Both the position numbers and the translations under genes were made by a program. Below are positions 51,334 through 61,584 of a DNA stretch of 64,000 nt, piece by piece. This DNA comes from an uncultured Gemmatimonadales bacterium. Its GTDB lineage: Bacteria; Gemmatimonadota; Gemmatimonadetes; Gemmatimonadales; Gemmatimonadaceae. A model generated the notes under the pieces. The model had not been told where the DNA came from. It saw nothing but the letters and a program-made list of their open reading frames with translations, and did no database searches. Position 1 is the first letter of the stretch. Each line of letters begins with the position of its first letter. The stretch is taken from the NCBI GenBank assembly GCA_963707505.1, contig CAVPQB010000004.1, positions 1 through 64,000 of the forward strand, given 5' to 3'.

Positions 51334-51996
51334 TCAGGGCATCGGCTTTCCGCCGATTCCGTAGCGGCTCTTGATCACGAAGGCGATGATGAGCACCGCG
51401 TATTGCAGAAAGGTGCTCACTTCGCTGCGCCATGCCTGCGGCCAATCGAAGTCGCCAGCTACACGCGACGCTGGCGGACGTGGAAGCCAGCGCGGCGTCG
51501 CCGACTTGTAGTCGAGATACTCGCCATCGAACGTGCTCTCCAGCACGCCTTCCTCGAATCGTACAATCAGGGAGTACTCGATCGCGAAGAGGACGATCGC
51601 TACCGGCAGAAACCAGAACACGCCGGAGATCACGGCGAAGCCCATCCAGATCAGAAAGTTTCCGTTGTAGAGCGGATTGCGGCTCCACGCGAACGGACCG
51701 TACGTGACGAGCCTGTTGACGTTACGCGAGCGCCGCCGCGTCGAAGTGCCGGCCGCAGCCACGCCCCATAGCCGCCACGCTTCACCGACCACCACGAGAG
51801 CGAGACCGATCACCCAGAGCTGCGGCGACATCGAGCCCGGCGCCACCAGGGGAATACCGAGGAAGAGGATCGGCAACCAGCCGCGATGACGGAACAATAC
51901 AGCGCCGGCGCGCGCGGCCGGCGTACGTTCCGCAGCCGAGAGCGACACCGCCGGTGCCGCCGCCTTGGTCACTACCTCTTTCTGGGGCTCGTTCAT
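51334..51996 (-). CDS. Isoprenylcysteine/phospholipid methyltransferase (ICMT/PEMT) family
   Basis: LVTYGPFAWSRNPLY.G, EE..L...F...Y..Y....PRWLP. Confidence 0.85.
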   Translation of the reverse strand: MNEPQKEVVTKAAAPAVSLSAAERTPAARAGAVLFRHRGWLPILFLGIPLVAPGSMSPQLWVIGLALVVVGEAWRLWGVAAAGTSTRRRSRNVNRLVTYGPFAWSRNPLYNGNFLIWMGFAVISGVFWFLPVAIVLFAIEYSLIVRFEEGVLESTFDGEYLDYKSATPRWLPRPPASRVAGDFDWPQAWRSEVSTFLQYAVLIIAFVIKSRYGIGGKPMP

Positions 51997-52088
51997 CGGC
52001 TCAATTTGCAACAAGGTCGCGCGATGCTCAACCGAGGATTTGCCAAAAATCCTGCGGCCTCCCAGTGGTGGCCGCGCCAACCGCCGGA

Positions 52089-52126
52089 AATCAAAGGGAG
52101 GCCGTTCGCACGGCCTCCCTTTGATT
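52089..52126 (-). terminator. Hairpin terminator after the basic protein gene
   Basis: AATCAAAGGGAGGCCGT-TCGC-ACGGCCTCCCTTTGATT. Confidence 0.7.
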
Positions 52127-52131
52127 CTTCG

Positions 52132-52599
52132 TCATCTCCATGAAAGCGGGAATGACGATTTACCGCGACGACTTCCTGCCTGACGACTTCCTGCTGATGA
52201 TTTCCTGGTAGTGGATTTCCGGCCTGAAGATTTGCGACCGGTCGATTTCTTCCTGCCGCTGGTCCGCGCAGCCGACTTGCGTGAGGCCGATTTGCGTGAG
52301 CTCGACTTGCGTGCGCTCGACTTGCGGGACGACGTCTTGGACGCGCGCTTGCGCGGCGTCTTCTCACCCTTCTCTCGCGCCTCGTTTATTCCGATCGCGA
52401 TTGCCTGCTTGCGGCTCGTCACCTTGCGTCCGCCGCGTGTCTTGAGCGTGCCGTGCTTGCGCCGACGCATCGCGCTGCCGACGGTCGAGCTCGCCTTCCT
52501 GCTGTACTTCCTGCCGGATGACTTCCGGCTCGACTTGCGTCCTGATGTCTTGTGAGCCGAAGACTTTCGCCCCGACCGTGATGCCTTGCGTGCTGCCAT
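52132..52599 (-). CDS. DUF6496-like highly basic protein with RKS repeats
   Basis: KYSRKA...HGTLKT.GG.KVTSRKQAIAIG..EAREKG; GGGAGG SD. Confidence 0.8.
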   Translation of the reverse strand: MAARKASRSGRKSSAHKTSGRKSSRKSSGRKYSRKASSTVGSAMRRRKHGTLKTRGGRKVTSRKQAIAIGINEAREKGEKTPRKRASKTSSRKSSARKSSSRKSASRKSAARTSGRKKSTGRKSSGRKSTTRKSSAGSRQAGSRRGKSSFPLSWR

Positions 52600-52643
52600 C
52601 TGAACCTCCCCGGAAAGGTTGATCTGTGACGCACGTAATGTTT

Positions 52644-52660
52644 TGCAAGAGACGCGCCCA
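52644..52660 (-). promoter_or_regulatory. sigma54-type -24/-12 promoter
   Basis: Minus strand TGGGCGCGTCTCTTGCA (GG-N10-GC), 45 nt upstream of the start at 52599. Confidence 0.55.
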
Positions 52661-52698
52661 TTCGGCGCATGTGCGCTGAACGTACGAGCGGTGAAATA

Positions 52699-53701
52699 TC
52701 AGAGCAAACGCGAATCGAACGTGTTCCAGAACAGCGTTGTACCGCTTGCAGTGCGCGCAAGCGACAGTGCGACGACGAACGCTTTTGCGGAATAGGTGTC
52801 ATCGAGATGAATTCCCGTACTCGCGGCGAGAGATGCGCGCAGCCGCGGTTGCAGCGGGGAGCGGTCTGCCGTACGCGCCGCCGTACGCGTCGCGCACGAC
52901 GCCGAGCAGATGTACCGGAACGCGCGGAATGCGCTCTCCGGTCACTCGTTCGATCAGGCGCGCGGTTCGCGATATCAGCCGCCGCACGTGCAGTCGGTTG
53001 GCGACGATGGCTGGAGTTACCTGCACGCAGATCGTCGCGATGTCGAGTCCTGCAATTGCGAATCCGAGTGACAGGCCGGCAACGGTGCCACCGCTTCCAA
53101 GCGGCACTACTACGCGCGCTGGCATGCGGCAACTCTCCCGCGCGGATCTGTTCCGCAAGCTCCAGCGCCGCATTGACGTGCGCGAGAACGCCGAGCGGTG
53201 TGGATCCGCCAAGCGGCACGTAACGGCATTGCTGAGTGAGTCGAGTCAGCTGCGCGGCGAGCAGCGCTCGCGTCGCGCCGCCATACACGCGCGACGACAC
53301 GCATTCATCGGAGATCATGTCGGCAACGCGGTACGCCGAGTGATTCATGTCATGTCGCCATCGTATGCCGATTACGCGAGCGCCAAGTCTGCGTGCGTGC
53401 ATCGCGGTGGCCAGCACGTGCGTGGATCCCTCACCGCCGGCCGTGATGACGGTGTCGCCGCTGCCGACACCGGCCAGCAGGAACTCGAGCGCGCGAGCCT
53501 TGTTGCCGCCGCAGACCGCGGAGTTGAGGCCGTCCGATTTGATCCATATCTCGGCGCCGTCGACAGTGACACGATCGACAGGCGACGGCAGCACGCACAA
53601 TGAGACGCGTGGAATCGACGCGAAGAGCGCGGGAATCGCTCGTATAACGGAAGCGGCGATCCTCTGTGTTCTCCCCGGGTCTGCGGCGTCTCGTCCGTCA
53701 T
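52699..53701 (-). CDS. PLP-dependent D-cysteine desulfhydrase/ACC-deaminase-like enzyme; several frameshifts
   Basis: WIKSDG...GGNKARALEFL, PLGGS, PLGSGGT, YGGAYG and terminal WNTFDSR, in different frames. Confidence 0.8.
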
Positions 53702-53710
53702 GCTATCCTG

Positions 53711-54913
53711 TCATCCGTCCGGATGCGGTGGCGGCTCTGCAACGAATGGCAACGGAGTCGGATCGCCGACCACGTCCTCGACGTACAGCATCTTGACGAG
53801 GATCATTACCAGCACCAGCAGTGGAACCGCGACGAACAATCCCATGACACCGAACGCGAGTGCCATTCCTGCCTGGGTAAGTACCGTGAGAACCGGCGGC
53901 AGATTCACTCCCTCTTTCATGAGGAGTGGGATCAGCAGATGGCTTTCGAGGAAGTGGATGATGTAGAACGCCACCAGCACGGCCGCGGCCTTTTCAGGCG
54001 AATCCACGAAGCCCATAGCGATCGCCGGCACGGCGCTGATGATGGGTCCCGCCATGGGGACGAACTGCAGCAGGCCGGACAGAATCCCGAGCGGCACTGC
54101 AGCGCGCACCTGCAGCGCGGTGAGCACCGCGGTCGCGACTACCCCCATGACCAGCATGGCGACGAGCTGAGTGACGAGCCAGCGGCGCAGGGCGAGCGTT
54201 ATCGCCTCCAGCACCTGCTCGCCGCGCGCTCGCTTGCGGTGCGGAATCAGGGAGATGATGCCGCTTCGATAAAGCTTGGGGTCGGCTCCTATGTAGACAG
54301 CCAGGAAAAAGATGATGACTATGCTCGCCGCGACCTCCACGGTCGAGTGTAGTACCGGCAGAACGTAGCCGGAAGCCCCGGGACTGCGGGCCAGGATCTG
54401 CTCTTTGAGGGCCTTGAGGTGAACCAGGGAATCACCGACTACTGGCTCATTTGGCGCTAGACTGTCACGTTGTTGTTGCGATAATGGCGCTACTTGTACG
54501 GAGTCCGGTTCGCCCGTGAGCAACGAGCCGACCACGCCGCCCTGGCGCTGGCCGACCCATCTGTCCAGCTTCACGAATGCCTCCGGGAGCCGCTGCTTGA
54601 GCTCGCGGTACTGGGTTCGGACCGTTGGGCCCGTCCAGGCGCCAAAGCCTATCAAAAGCGCGACCGAGGCTGCGACTATCAGAGCCGCGCCCAGTCCCTG
54701 GCCGATTCCGAATCGCCGCAATCTCGCCGCACCTGCCGAGATCGCGATGCCGAGCAGCATTCCGATGTAGGCGACGAAGATGAGATTGTGAGCGCGAAAG
54801 ATCACGAAACCGCCGACCGCGACGAGCAGGATTACAATTGCGGCTCGTGCTATGTCACGGGTAAACCAGCCTGGGTGACGCTCTGTGGGACGCGGGAATC
54901 GCTCTGAGGTCAT
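53711..54913 (-). CDS. AI-2E family transporter
   Basis: LRRWLVTQ, FVPMAGP, ESHLLIP, GVMGLFVAVP. Confidence 0.9.
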   Translation of the reverse strand: MTSERFPRPTERHPGWFTRDIARAAIVILLVAVGGFVIFRAHNLIFVAYIGMLLGIAISAGAARLRRFGIGQGLGAALIVAASVALLIGFGAWTGPTVRTQYRELKQRLPEAFVKLDRWVGQRQGGVVGSLLTGEPDSVQVAPLSQQQRDSLAPNEPVVGDSLVHLKALKEQILARSPGASGYVLPVLHSTVEVAASIVIIFFLAVYIGADPKLYRSGIISLIPHRKRARGEQVLEAITLALRRWLVTQLVAMLVMGVVATAVLTALQVRAAVPLGILSGLLQFVPMAGPIISAVPAIAMGFVDSPEKAAAVLVAFYIIHFLESHLLIPLLMKEGVNLPPVLTVLTQAGMALAFGVMGLFVAVPLLVLVMILVKMLYVEDVVGDPTPLPFVAEPPPHPDG

Positions 54914-54926
54914 GATAGATTGAGGG

Positions 54927-56063
54927 ATGGCAGATCCGTACCAGCCAGTTTACCTGGACACCGCAGAAAAAGCCGCACTATTCGTCGACTCCATTGCGGA
55001 CGTCCGCGAAATTGCGCTCGATACCGAAGGGGCGAGCTTCCATCGCTACGTCGATCGGATATATCTACTGCAGCTCTCCACGCAGCATCATAGTGCCATC
55101 ATCGATCCGCTGCATGCTGGTCTGCTGCCCAAGCTTGGCGCGTTGATGGAGAATCGGGAAGTGGAGGTCATCTTCCACGACGCCGACTACGATCTCCGCC
55201 TGCTTCGTCAGGACTACGGCTGGCATACGACGCATGTCTTTGACACCCGTATCGCGGCACAGTTGCTTGGGATTCCCGCTTTCGGCCTCGCGGCGCTGCT
55301 GGAGAAGTTCTTCAATGTGAAGCTGGACAAGCAGCACCAGCGGGCCGACTGGTCGATGCGTCCCCTCACAGCGAGCATGCTCGACTATGCGGCGCAGGAT
55401 ACGCGCTACTTGCTGGACTTGAGGGACGAATTGCGTACCGGACTGGAATCGGCGGGTCGCATGTCATGGGCGGAAGAGGAATTCGAGCGACTGGAGTCGA
55501 TCCAGTTCGCTCCGGACGATCCGGCGACGAGCTTCATGCGCACCAAGGGGGCGCGCGACCTCAAGCGACGCGAGCTTGCGGTGCTCCGGGAGCTGGTTGC
55601 CTGGCGTGACGAGCGCGCCGCGGCTCTCGATCGCGCGACCTTTCGTGTAATGGGCAGCGAGGCAATGTTCGAGATTGCGCGCGTGCATCCCGGGACTCGC
55701 GATGCGCTCGCCGCGATCAAGGGCGTCCCACGCGGCGTGGTAGAGCGCCACGCGCAGGATCTGCTGGATGCGGTTCAGCGCGGGCTCGCGGTTCCCGAGG
55801 CCGACCTTCCGCGCTTTCCGCGAGCAGCGCGCTGGGATCGCGACCCCGACTTCGATTCCAACGTAGCGAAGCTCAAGTCGGTAAGAGACGCCGCGGCCGC
55901 CCGGCTCAAGCTGGACCCGGGGGTCCTGTGCGCGCGGGATCGCATGGAAGCAGTCGCGCGCCGGAAGCCGAAGACCATCGAGGAGCTTGCGGAGATTCCG
56001 GAGCTCAGGCGTTGGCAGGCGGAGGTGTTGGGTTCGGAGTTCGTCGCGGCGTTGCGAACGTAA
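54927..56063 (+). CDS. rnd: Ribonuclease D
   Basis: ALDTE, FHDADYD, FDT, DWS.RPL...YAAQD, plus HRDC domains. Confidence 0.93.
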   Translation: MADPYQPVYLDTAEKAALFVDSIADVREIALDTEGASFHRYVDRIYLLQLSTQHHSAIIDPLHAGLLPKLGALMENREVEVIFHDADYDLRLLRQDYGWHTTHVFDTRIAAQLLGIPAFGLAALLEKFFNVKLDKQHQRADWSMRPLTASMLDYAAQDTRYLLDLRDELRTGLESAGRMSWAEEEFERLESIQFAPDDPATSFMRTKGARDLKRRELAVLRELVAWRDERAAALDRATFRVMGSEAMFEIARVHPGTRDALAAIKGVPRGVVERHAQDLLDAVQRGLAVPEADLPRFPRAARWDRDPDFDSNVAKLKSVRDAAAARLKLDPGVLCARDRMEAVARRKPKTIEELAEIPELRRWQAEVLGSEFVAALRT

Positions 56064-56142
56064 CGTCGGCGTGCGATCGTCGTGACGACGCTGGCGACTC
56101 GATCGATCACGACGCCGTAGCCCTTACGATCGATCCCATATT

Positions 56143-56168
56143 CAAACCTTCCTTCGCCCCGGTCCGTC
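56143..56168 (+). promoter_or_regulatory. Candidate ECF autoregulatory promoter
   Basis: CAAAC-17 nt-CGTC just upstream of the sigma gene. Confidence 0.45.
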
Positions 56169-56183
56169 TTATTGCCAGGACCG

Positions 56184-56756
56184 ATGCAGACAGCCATTGC
56201 CACCTCGCCTGAGACCATGAGTCCGACCATGAGTCCCACCGCCGCCGAGCCGGATGTACGGCTCGCCGCCAGCGGGGACAGGCACGCCTTTGAGCGACTG
56301 TACCGGGACAATTTGAACCGTGTTTATGCGGTGTGTGTGCGGATGTGTGGTGACCGTACGCGCGCCGAGGAGCTGGCGCAGGATGCGTTCGTGCGAGCGT
56401 GGGAGCGGCTGCCGCAGTTTCGTGGCGAATCCGCGTTCTCGACATGGCTTCATCGATTGACGGTGAACGTCGTGCTGGAGGCTCAACGCAGCGAACGACG
56501 CAATCGCGCTCGAACCGAGAGCGACGAGGTACTGGATGAGGCACCGCCGATAATGAGGCGCGAGCATCATGCGGAGAAGATGGATCTGGCGGTTGCGATA
56601 GCGGCGTTACCACCCGGTGCCCGCGCGGTGTTCGCACTGCACGACGTTGAAGGATACAAGCACGAGGAGATCGCGGAGATGCTCGACATCACTGCAGGTG
56701 GAAGCAAGGCTCAACTGCATCGCGCTCGGCGACTTCTCAGGGAGGCACTCGTATGA
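56184..56756 (+). CDS. ECF sigma factor
   Basis: AEELAQDAF, FRGESAFSTWLHRL, EGYKHEEIA...SKAQLHRAR. Confidence 0.93.
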   Translation: MQTAIATSPETMSPTMSPTAAEPDVRLAASGDRHAFERLYRDNLNRVYAVCVRMCGDRTRAEELAQDAFVRAWERLPQFRGESAFSTWLHRLTVNVVLEAQRSERRNRARTESDEVLDEAPPIMRREHHAEKMDLAVAIAALPPGARAVFALHDVEGYKHEEIAEMLDITAGGSKAQLHRARRLLREALV

Positions 56757-57549
56757 CGAACGAAGAACCGCTCATGGACGACGAGCAGGCTGGCGACGCG
56801 GTGGCGAAGTATCTCGAAGAGAACCCGGATCTGTTGCAGGGCATCGTGCCGGAGCACGATCTGTGGCCGGCGATCGAGAGCCGCATATCGGCGCGCGTGA
56901 TTCCGATGTCGGCACGTCCGGCGCGAGCTGCACACAGGCGTTCGGCAAGTCGTTCGGCAAGTCGTTCGGATGGGTGCCAATGCTGGTAGCCGCCTCGGCG
57001 CTGGTCGCCGCGAGCGCGGGGATCACGTACGTATTGACCACCCGCTCCGCCGTGCAGAATGGCGCGGTGGCGAGCAACGGTACGAGCATACCTGCAAATA
57101 CACCGGCGGTTACACCTGCAAATTCGCGTGCGATCGCCGACACGCAATCGCAGGTCGTGAAGAAGAGCGAGGTTCCGACAACTCAATCGCAGGTCGGTAG
57201 CGTTGCCACGCACGTCGTGGAAGATTCGCCGAAAATCGCGCAGCACACTCGCCCGGCGGTGCAGCTCGCATCGCGCAACGGCGACAGCGAAGGCGATGTC
57301 ATGCGGCAGACGTACGATTCTGAAATCACGACACTGCGCGCTGCACTGGATGCTCGCCGCGGGCAGTTGAATCCATCGACAGTTGCAGTGATCGAGCAGA
57401 ATTTACGCGTCATCGACGAAGCAATCGGCCAGTCCAGAGCCGCGCTCGCGAAGGACCCGAACAGCAGTCTCCTGAATGATCAGCTGGACCGCACGCTCGC
57501 CAAGAAGACAGGGTTGTTGCGCGCAGCGGCACTACTTCCGTCAGCGTGA
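56753..57549 (+). CDS. Putative membrane anti-sigma factor; frameshift ~56968
   Basis: DLWPAIESRI, then a TM segment in a shifted frame, and C-terminal NLRVIDEAI...AL..DP. Confidence 0.7.
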
Positions 57550-57571
57550 TGACGCGAGAGGATATGAGTAT

Positions 57572-58630
57572 ATGAGTGACAGGCACATCAGGATCCGAAT
57601 GCAGCGACTCGTCCTGCCTGCCGTGATAGCAGTGCTGGCGATCGGCGCAGTTCCGTGCTGGGCGCAGGTGCCAACGCCGCCATCGCCGCCGAATCCCCCG
57701 AGTCCGGCTCGTCCGGGGAATGCGCCCGCGGCTCCGCGTTCGCCCCGGCCACCGCGTCCGCCGCGGACGTGGTTCAGCGGTGATCACGGCGTCGCGAAGA
57801 TCGACACGGTGCTTCCGTTCTCGTCGAACGGTACTGTCGACCTGTCGCTGGTCTCCGGGGCGATGAAGGTCTCTACGTGGGACAGGAACCAGGTGCGCGT
57901 GGTCGCGAGTACCACGGGAGAACCTTCGTTGCAGCTCGATGCGAGCAGCTCGCATCTCACTCTGGAGCAGACAAGGTCCGGGAGTCGGCGCGGACGCGGC
58001 GATGACATTGGAACTGCCACGTACGATGTCACCGTTCCAAGCGGGACGCGCGCGTCGCTGGCGGCGGTATCCGGAAGCATCAACGCCGCAGGTCTGCGCG
58101 GCGCCGTCGACGCGAGCAACGTCAGCGGCTCGGTGGACCTGCGCGACCTCGGCTCATCCCTGAATGTCGAAGGTGTATCGGGCCGCATTACCGTTGCCAA
58201 CGTAGCAAGTGATGCGCATGTCGAGAACGTCAGCGGCCGCGTCTCGGTCACGGGTGTCGGAGGGTCGGTCACGGCGGAGACCGTGAGTGGAGGTATCAGC
58301 GTGGCTGGCGTGCGGGGCGATCGGGTCCATGTCACGACCGTGAGCGGCGATATCGACTTTACGGGATCCGTAACGAGCTCCGGACGGTATGACTTCGAGA
58401 CGCACTCGGGGGACGCCAATCTGAAGCTGGCAAGCAACACCCAGGCGACGCTGAGTGTCGAAACATTCAGCGGCTCGGTATCGAATGACTTTCCCGGAGC
58501 CGTAAGACGAAAGAATAGCGATCCGGATGACGACAGCACCAATTATGAGTTCATAATCAACCGCGGTGGCGGACGGGTGCGAGTAGAAACTTTCAGCGGC
58601 AGCGTACACATCTCAAAGGTGAACCAATGA
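57572..58630 (+). CDS. DUF4097 / putative adhesin beta-repeat protein
   Basis: Signal peptide, Pro-rich linker and repeated xVSG motifs. Confidence 0.85.
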   Translation: MSDRHIRIRMQRLVLPAVIAVLAIGAVPCWAQVPTPPSPPNPPSPARPGNAPAAPRSPRPPRPPRTWFSGDHGVAKIDTVLPFSSNGTVDLSLVSGAMKVSTWDRNQVRVVASTTGEPSLQLDASSSHLTLEQTRSGSRRGRGDDIGTATYDVTVPSGTRASLAAVSGSINAAGLRGAVDASNVSGSVDLRDLGSSLNVEGVSGRITVANVASDAHVENVSGRVSVTGVGGSVTAETVSGGISVAGVRGDRVHVTTVSGDIDFTGSVTSSGRYDFETHSGDANLKLASNTQATLSVETFSGSVSNDFPGAVRRKNSDPDDDSTNYEFIINRGGGRVRVETFSGSVHISKVNQ

Positions 58631-59482
58631 TCAGGACTTCCCGGTACGTCATGGCAGCCGTGTGTGCTGCCACGGTTGGCGCCGCGCCGCTCATGGCGCA
58701 ACAGGATCTCGGACGTGACGGAACTACGTGGAAGTGGGACGGCGCGCTCGCGAGCGGCGGATCACTCAAGCTGTTCAACATCAACGGAGCGCTGCGCTTC
58801 ACGCGCAAGCTCGGACGGCAACGTGCACGTGCAGGCGGTGAAGCACGTTCATTCCGGCGGCGATCCCCGCACCGTGCACTATGCTGTGGTGCGTGATGGG
58901 AACAACCTCACGATCTGCGCCATGTGGAACGACGATGCGCGGTGCGACATCGATGGCATGAGTGGAAACCGGAATAACGACAACGACGGCAATCGCAGGC
59001 GCAACGTCACGGCGGAGATTTCGGTGCAGGTACCAGCCGGTGTGCGCACGGGTGCCAACACGGTCAATGGTGATGTTTCCATCGAGCGCATCAGCTCCGA
59101 TGTCCGGGCAAATACGGTCAACGGTGCCGTTCGCGTCACGCAGGTAACGGGTGATGTGAATGCTCACACGGTGAACGGCGATGTGAACGTCGATACGCGA
59201 GGCGGAACCGTGTCCGGTGAGACTGTAAACGGGTCGGTCACCGCATCCATGGGAAGCTCCGGCACCGGCGACATGCGCTTCAGTACCGTCAACGGTGGCA
59301 TCGATATCACGACACCGTCCGCGTTCAATGCTGACGTCAGGCTGAGCACGCTCAACGGCTCGATCGACAGCAAGTTCCCGCTGGATTTCGACAGGCGCCG
59401 GAGGCATGCGGAGGGAACTGTGGGAAGCGGTGGGCGGCAACTGCGTGCGAGCACCGTCAATGGATCGATAACGTTGCAGTAG
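58627..59482 (+). CDS. Second DUF4097 beta-repeat protein; frameshift ~58808
   Basis: Signal peptide in 58627..58896; repeated TVNG motifs in 58664..59482. Confidence 0.82.
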
Positions 59483-59503
59483 GCCATATCGCGAGACAAT
59501 CGA

Positions 59504-59540
59504 CGCGGACGGGCATCTCTGCCCGTCCGCGTTTTCTTTT
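59504..59540 (+). terminator. Rho-independent terminator
   Basis: ACGCGGACGGGCA-TCTC-TGCCCGTCCGCGT-TTTCTTT. Confidence 0.8.
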
Positions 59541-60099
59541 ACTGTGACGTACTGATCAACGTTGCAAGCTCGCGCTCGAAGCGACCCGTCGATGCGCAGC
59601 GTACCAGTGGTGAGTTCGCCATGGGATCCTTCGCACTTGCCTCGACCAGTGTGTGCAGCGTCGAGCCGCCTGTGCGTGGCGTGACGTAGGTGCTCGCCGA
59701 GAAGATCACGTCATATGTGTCAGCTGGCGACGACATCGTGCCACTGCCGCAGTCGACGTACGACGACAGGTGCGTCCCGCCCAGTGTTCCGTGGAGACGG
59801 AGGTTGCGCGCGCCGACGGTATATACGCCCGCGGTGGTATCGAGCACTGCGGCGTTCTTGATGCCAAGCTTCGCGTATGCGGCCGGTAGCGCGTCGAAGG
59901 CCTGGACCACCGTTACGCCTATATCCCGATCGGCGGTCGATTCGACGTGGTGCAGGTTCACGTCGACGACTGTCCGGTCCACGCTCGCTACTCTGGTACG
60001 GTCGTCAATCACGTGTGTACTGCCAGACGACGCGCATGCGTCCGCGCAGATCACCAACAGCGCCTCCAGCAGGGTCGTGCTCCGCATCGACAGCGTCAT
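59539..60099 (-). CDS. Hypothetical (lipo)protein
   Basis: Hydrophobic N-terminus with ACAS; LSSYVDCG...CASTGRFE Cys pair. Confidence 0.6.
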   Translation of the reverse strand: MTLSMRSTTLLEALLVICADACASSGSTHVIDDRTRVASVDRTVVDVNLHHVESTADRDIGVTVVQAFDALPAAYAKLGIKNAAVLDTTAGVYTVGARNLRLHGTLGGTHLSSYVDCGSGTMSSPADTYDVIFSASTYVTPRTGGSTLHTLVEASAKDPMANSPLVRCASTGRFERELATLISTSQ

Positions 60100-60240
60100 T
60101 GCGTTACCCTCGTCAGATGTGCTCCGGCCTGCCGGAGCGTCTCCTGTCCATCCTGCGTACCTTTAGCTCTGGTAGAAACTACGGTCCCGGTGCCCGCTGT
60201 GCAGTCCGTGTACGTGGCGCCATCCTGAAAGAGGAGAAAC

Positions 60241-60747
60241 ATGATGAGTGGTGTGCGTCTTCGGCCAGCGCTGCCGGCTGACATCCCGACGATTCTGGAC
60301 CTGATCCGCGAGCTGGCAGAATACGAGCGCGATCCGGCTGCCGCAGTGGCGACGCCGGAGCTGATGTACGACGCGCTATTCGGACCCAGGGCAGTCGCTC
60401 ACGTGCTGATGGCGGACGATGACGACGCGACGTACGGTTTCGCACTCTACTTCTTCAATTTCTCGACATGGACTGGCAGGCGCGGCCTTTATCTGGAAGA
60501 TTTTTTCGTACGGCCCGCTGCGCGCGCTCGCGGGATCGGGCTGCAGCTCTTCAGGCGTCTGGCGACAATCGCACACGAATCCGGCTGCGGACGTATGGAG
60601 CTGTCGGTGCTCAACTGGAACGTCAACGCGATCCGGTTTTATGAGAAGCAGGGTGGATTCGCCATGAACGACTGGACGCATTACCGGTTCGGGGCCGACA
60701 CGATCGCGAAAATCGCATCGCAGGGTGGCGACACGGAGGTCACATGA
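60241..60747 (+). CDS. SSAT-like GNAT acetyltransferase
   Basis: IRELAEYE, FSTWTG..GLYLEDFFV, VLNWN..AIRFY. Confidence 0.9.
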   Translation: MMSGVRLRPALPADIPTILDLIRELAEYERDPAAAVATPELMYDALFGPRAVAHVLMADDDDATYGFALYFFNFSTWTGRRGLYLEDFFVRPAARARGIGLQLFRRLATIAHESGCGRMELSVLNWNVNAIRFYEKQGGFAMNDWTHYRFGADTIAKIASQGGDTEVT

Positions 60748-61583
60748 AGGAATCGGCGCAACAGGGCTCTCATCTCGCATTCGACGTGAGCGTGTCGGAT
60801 CACATCGCCCGCGTAGTGCTGAAAGGACCCGGCAAGGGCAACGCACTCGGCCCCGATTTCTGGCGCGAGGCGCCCGGTGTGTTCGACGAGCTCGATGCAG
60901 ATCCTGAAGTTCGTGCGGTGGTGCTGAGCGGCGCTGGTGGCAATTTCACGTTCGGGCTCGACCTCGTTTCGATGACATCCGAGCTTCGATACGCGCTCGC
61001 AGCCCCGGCAATGGCGGCGGAACGCACACGCTTTCTGGATCAGCTCACGACGATGCAGCGTGCAATCATCTCGCTCATGTCATGCAGGAAACCAGTGGTA
61101 GCGAGTATTTCCGGATGGTGCGTCGGTGCTGGTATCGACGTCATCTGCGCGGCAGACGTACGTGTGTGCTCCAGCGAGGCGACGTTCTCCGTGCGCGCGG
61201 TGCGTATCGGCATCGTCGAGGACATGGGAAGCCTGCAACGTCTCCCAGCAATGATCGGAGAAGGCGCGGCGCGCGAGCTCTGTCTCACAGGCGAGGATTT
61301 CGGCGCCGCGAAAGCTGCGGCACTCGGCCTCGTCAATCACGTCGATGACACGCCGGAAGCGGCGCTGCAGCACGCACTGGAAATCGCGACGCGGATCGCT
61401 ACCAATCCGCCGCTCACGGTGCAGGGCGTCAAACGCGTGATGAACGAGCGCGCGCACGCAGGGTTGCGCGAGAATCTCCATTACACCGCTCTCTGGAACG
61501 CGACGTTCATGCAATCGCGTGATTTTGCGGAAGCGATCAGCGCATTCACCGAGAAACGCGAACCGAAATTCGAGGGCCGTTGA
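60744..61583 (+). CDS. Crotonase family, delta3,5-delta2,4-dienoyl-CoA isomerase-like
   Basis: KGNALG, FTFGLDL, GWCVGAG, DMGSLQRLP. Confidence 0.85.
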   Translation: MKESAQQGSHLAFDVSVSDHIARVVLKGPGKGNALGPDFWREAPGVFDELDADPEVRAVVLSGAGGNFTFGLDLVSMTSELRYALAAPAMAAERTRFLDQLTTMQRAIISLMSCRKPVVASISGWCVGAGIDVICAADVRVCSSEATFSVRAVRIGIVEDMGSLQRLPAMIGEGAARELCLTGEDFGAAKAAALGLVNHVDDTPEAALQHALEIATRIATNPPLTVQGVKRVMNERAHAGLRENLHYTALWNATFMQSRDFAEAISAFTEKREPKFEGR

Positions 61584-61584
61584 C

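Noticed and set aside
56939..56970. Phase variation of the anti-sigma gene through its tandem repeat
   Set aside because: The unit is 12 bp and so preserves frame. The shift is better explained by one missing G.
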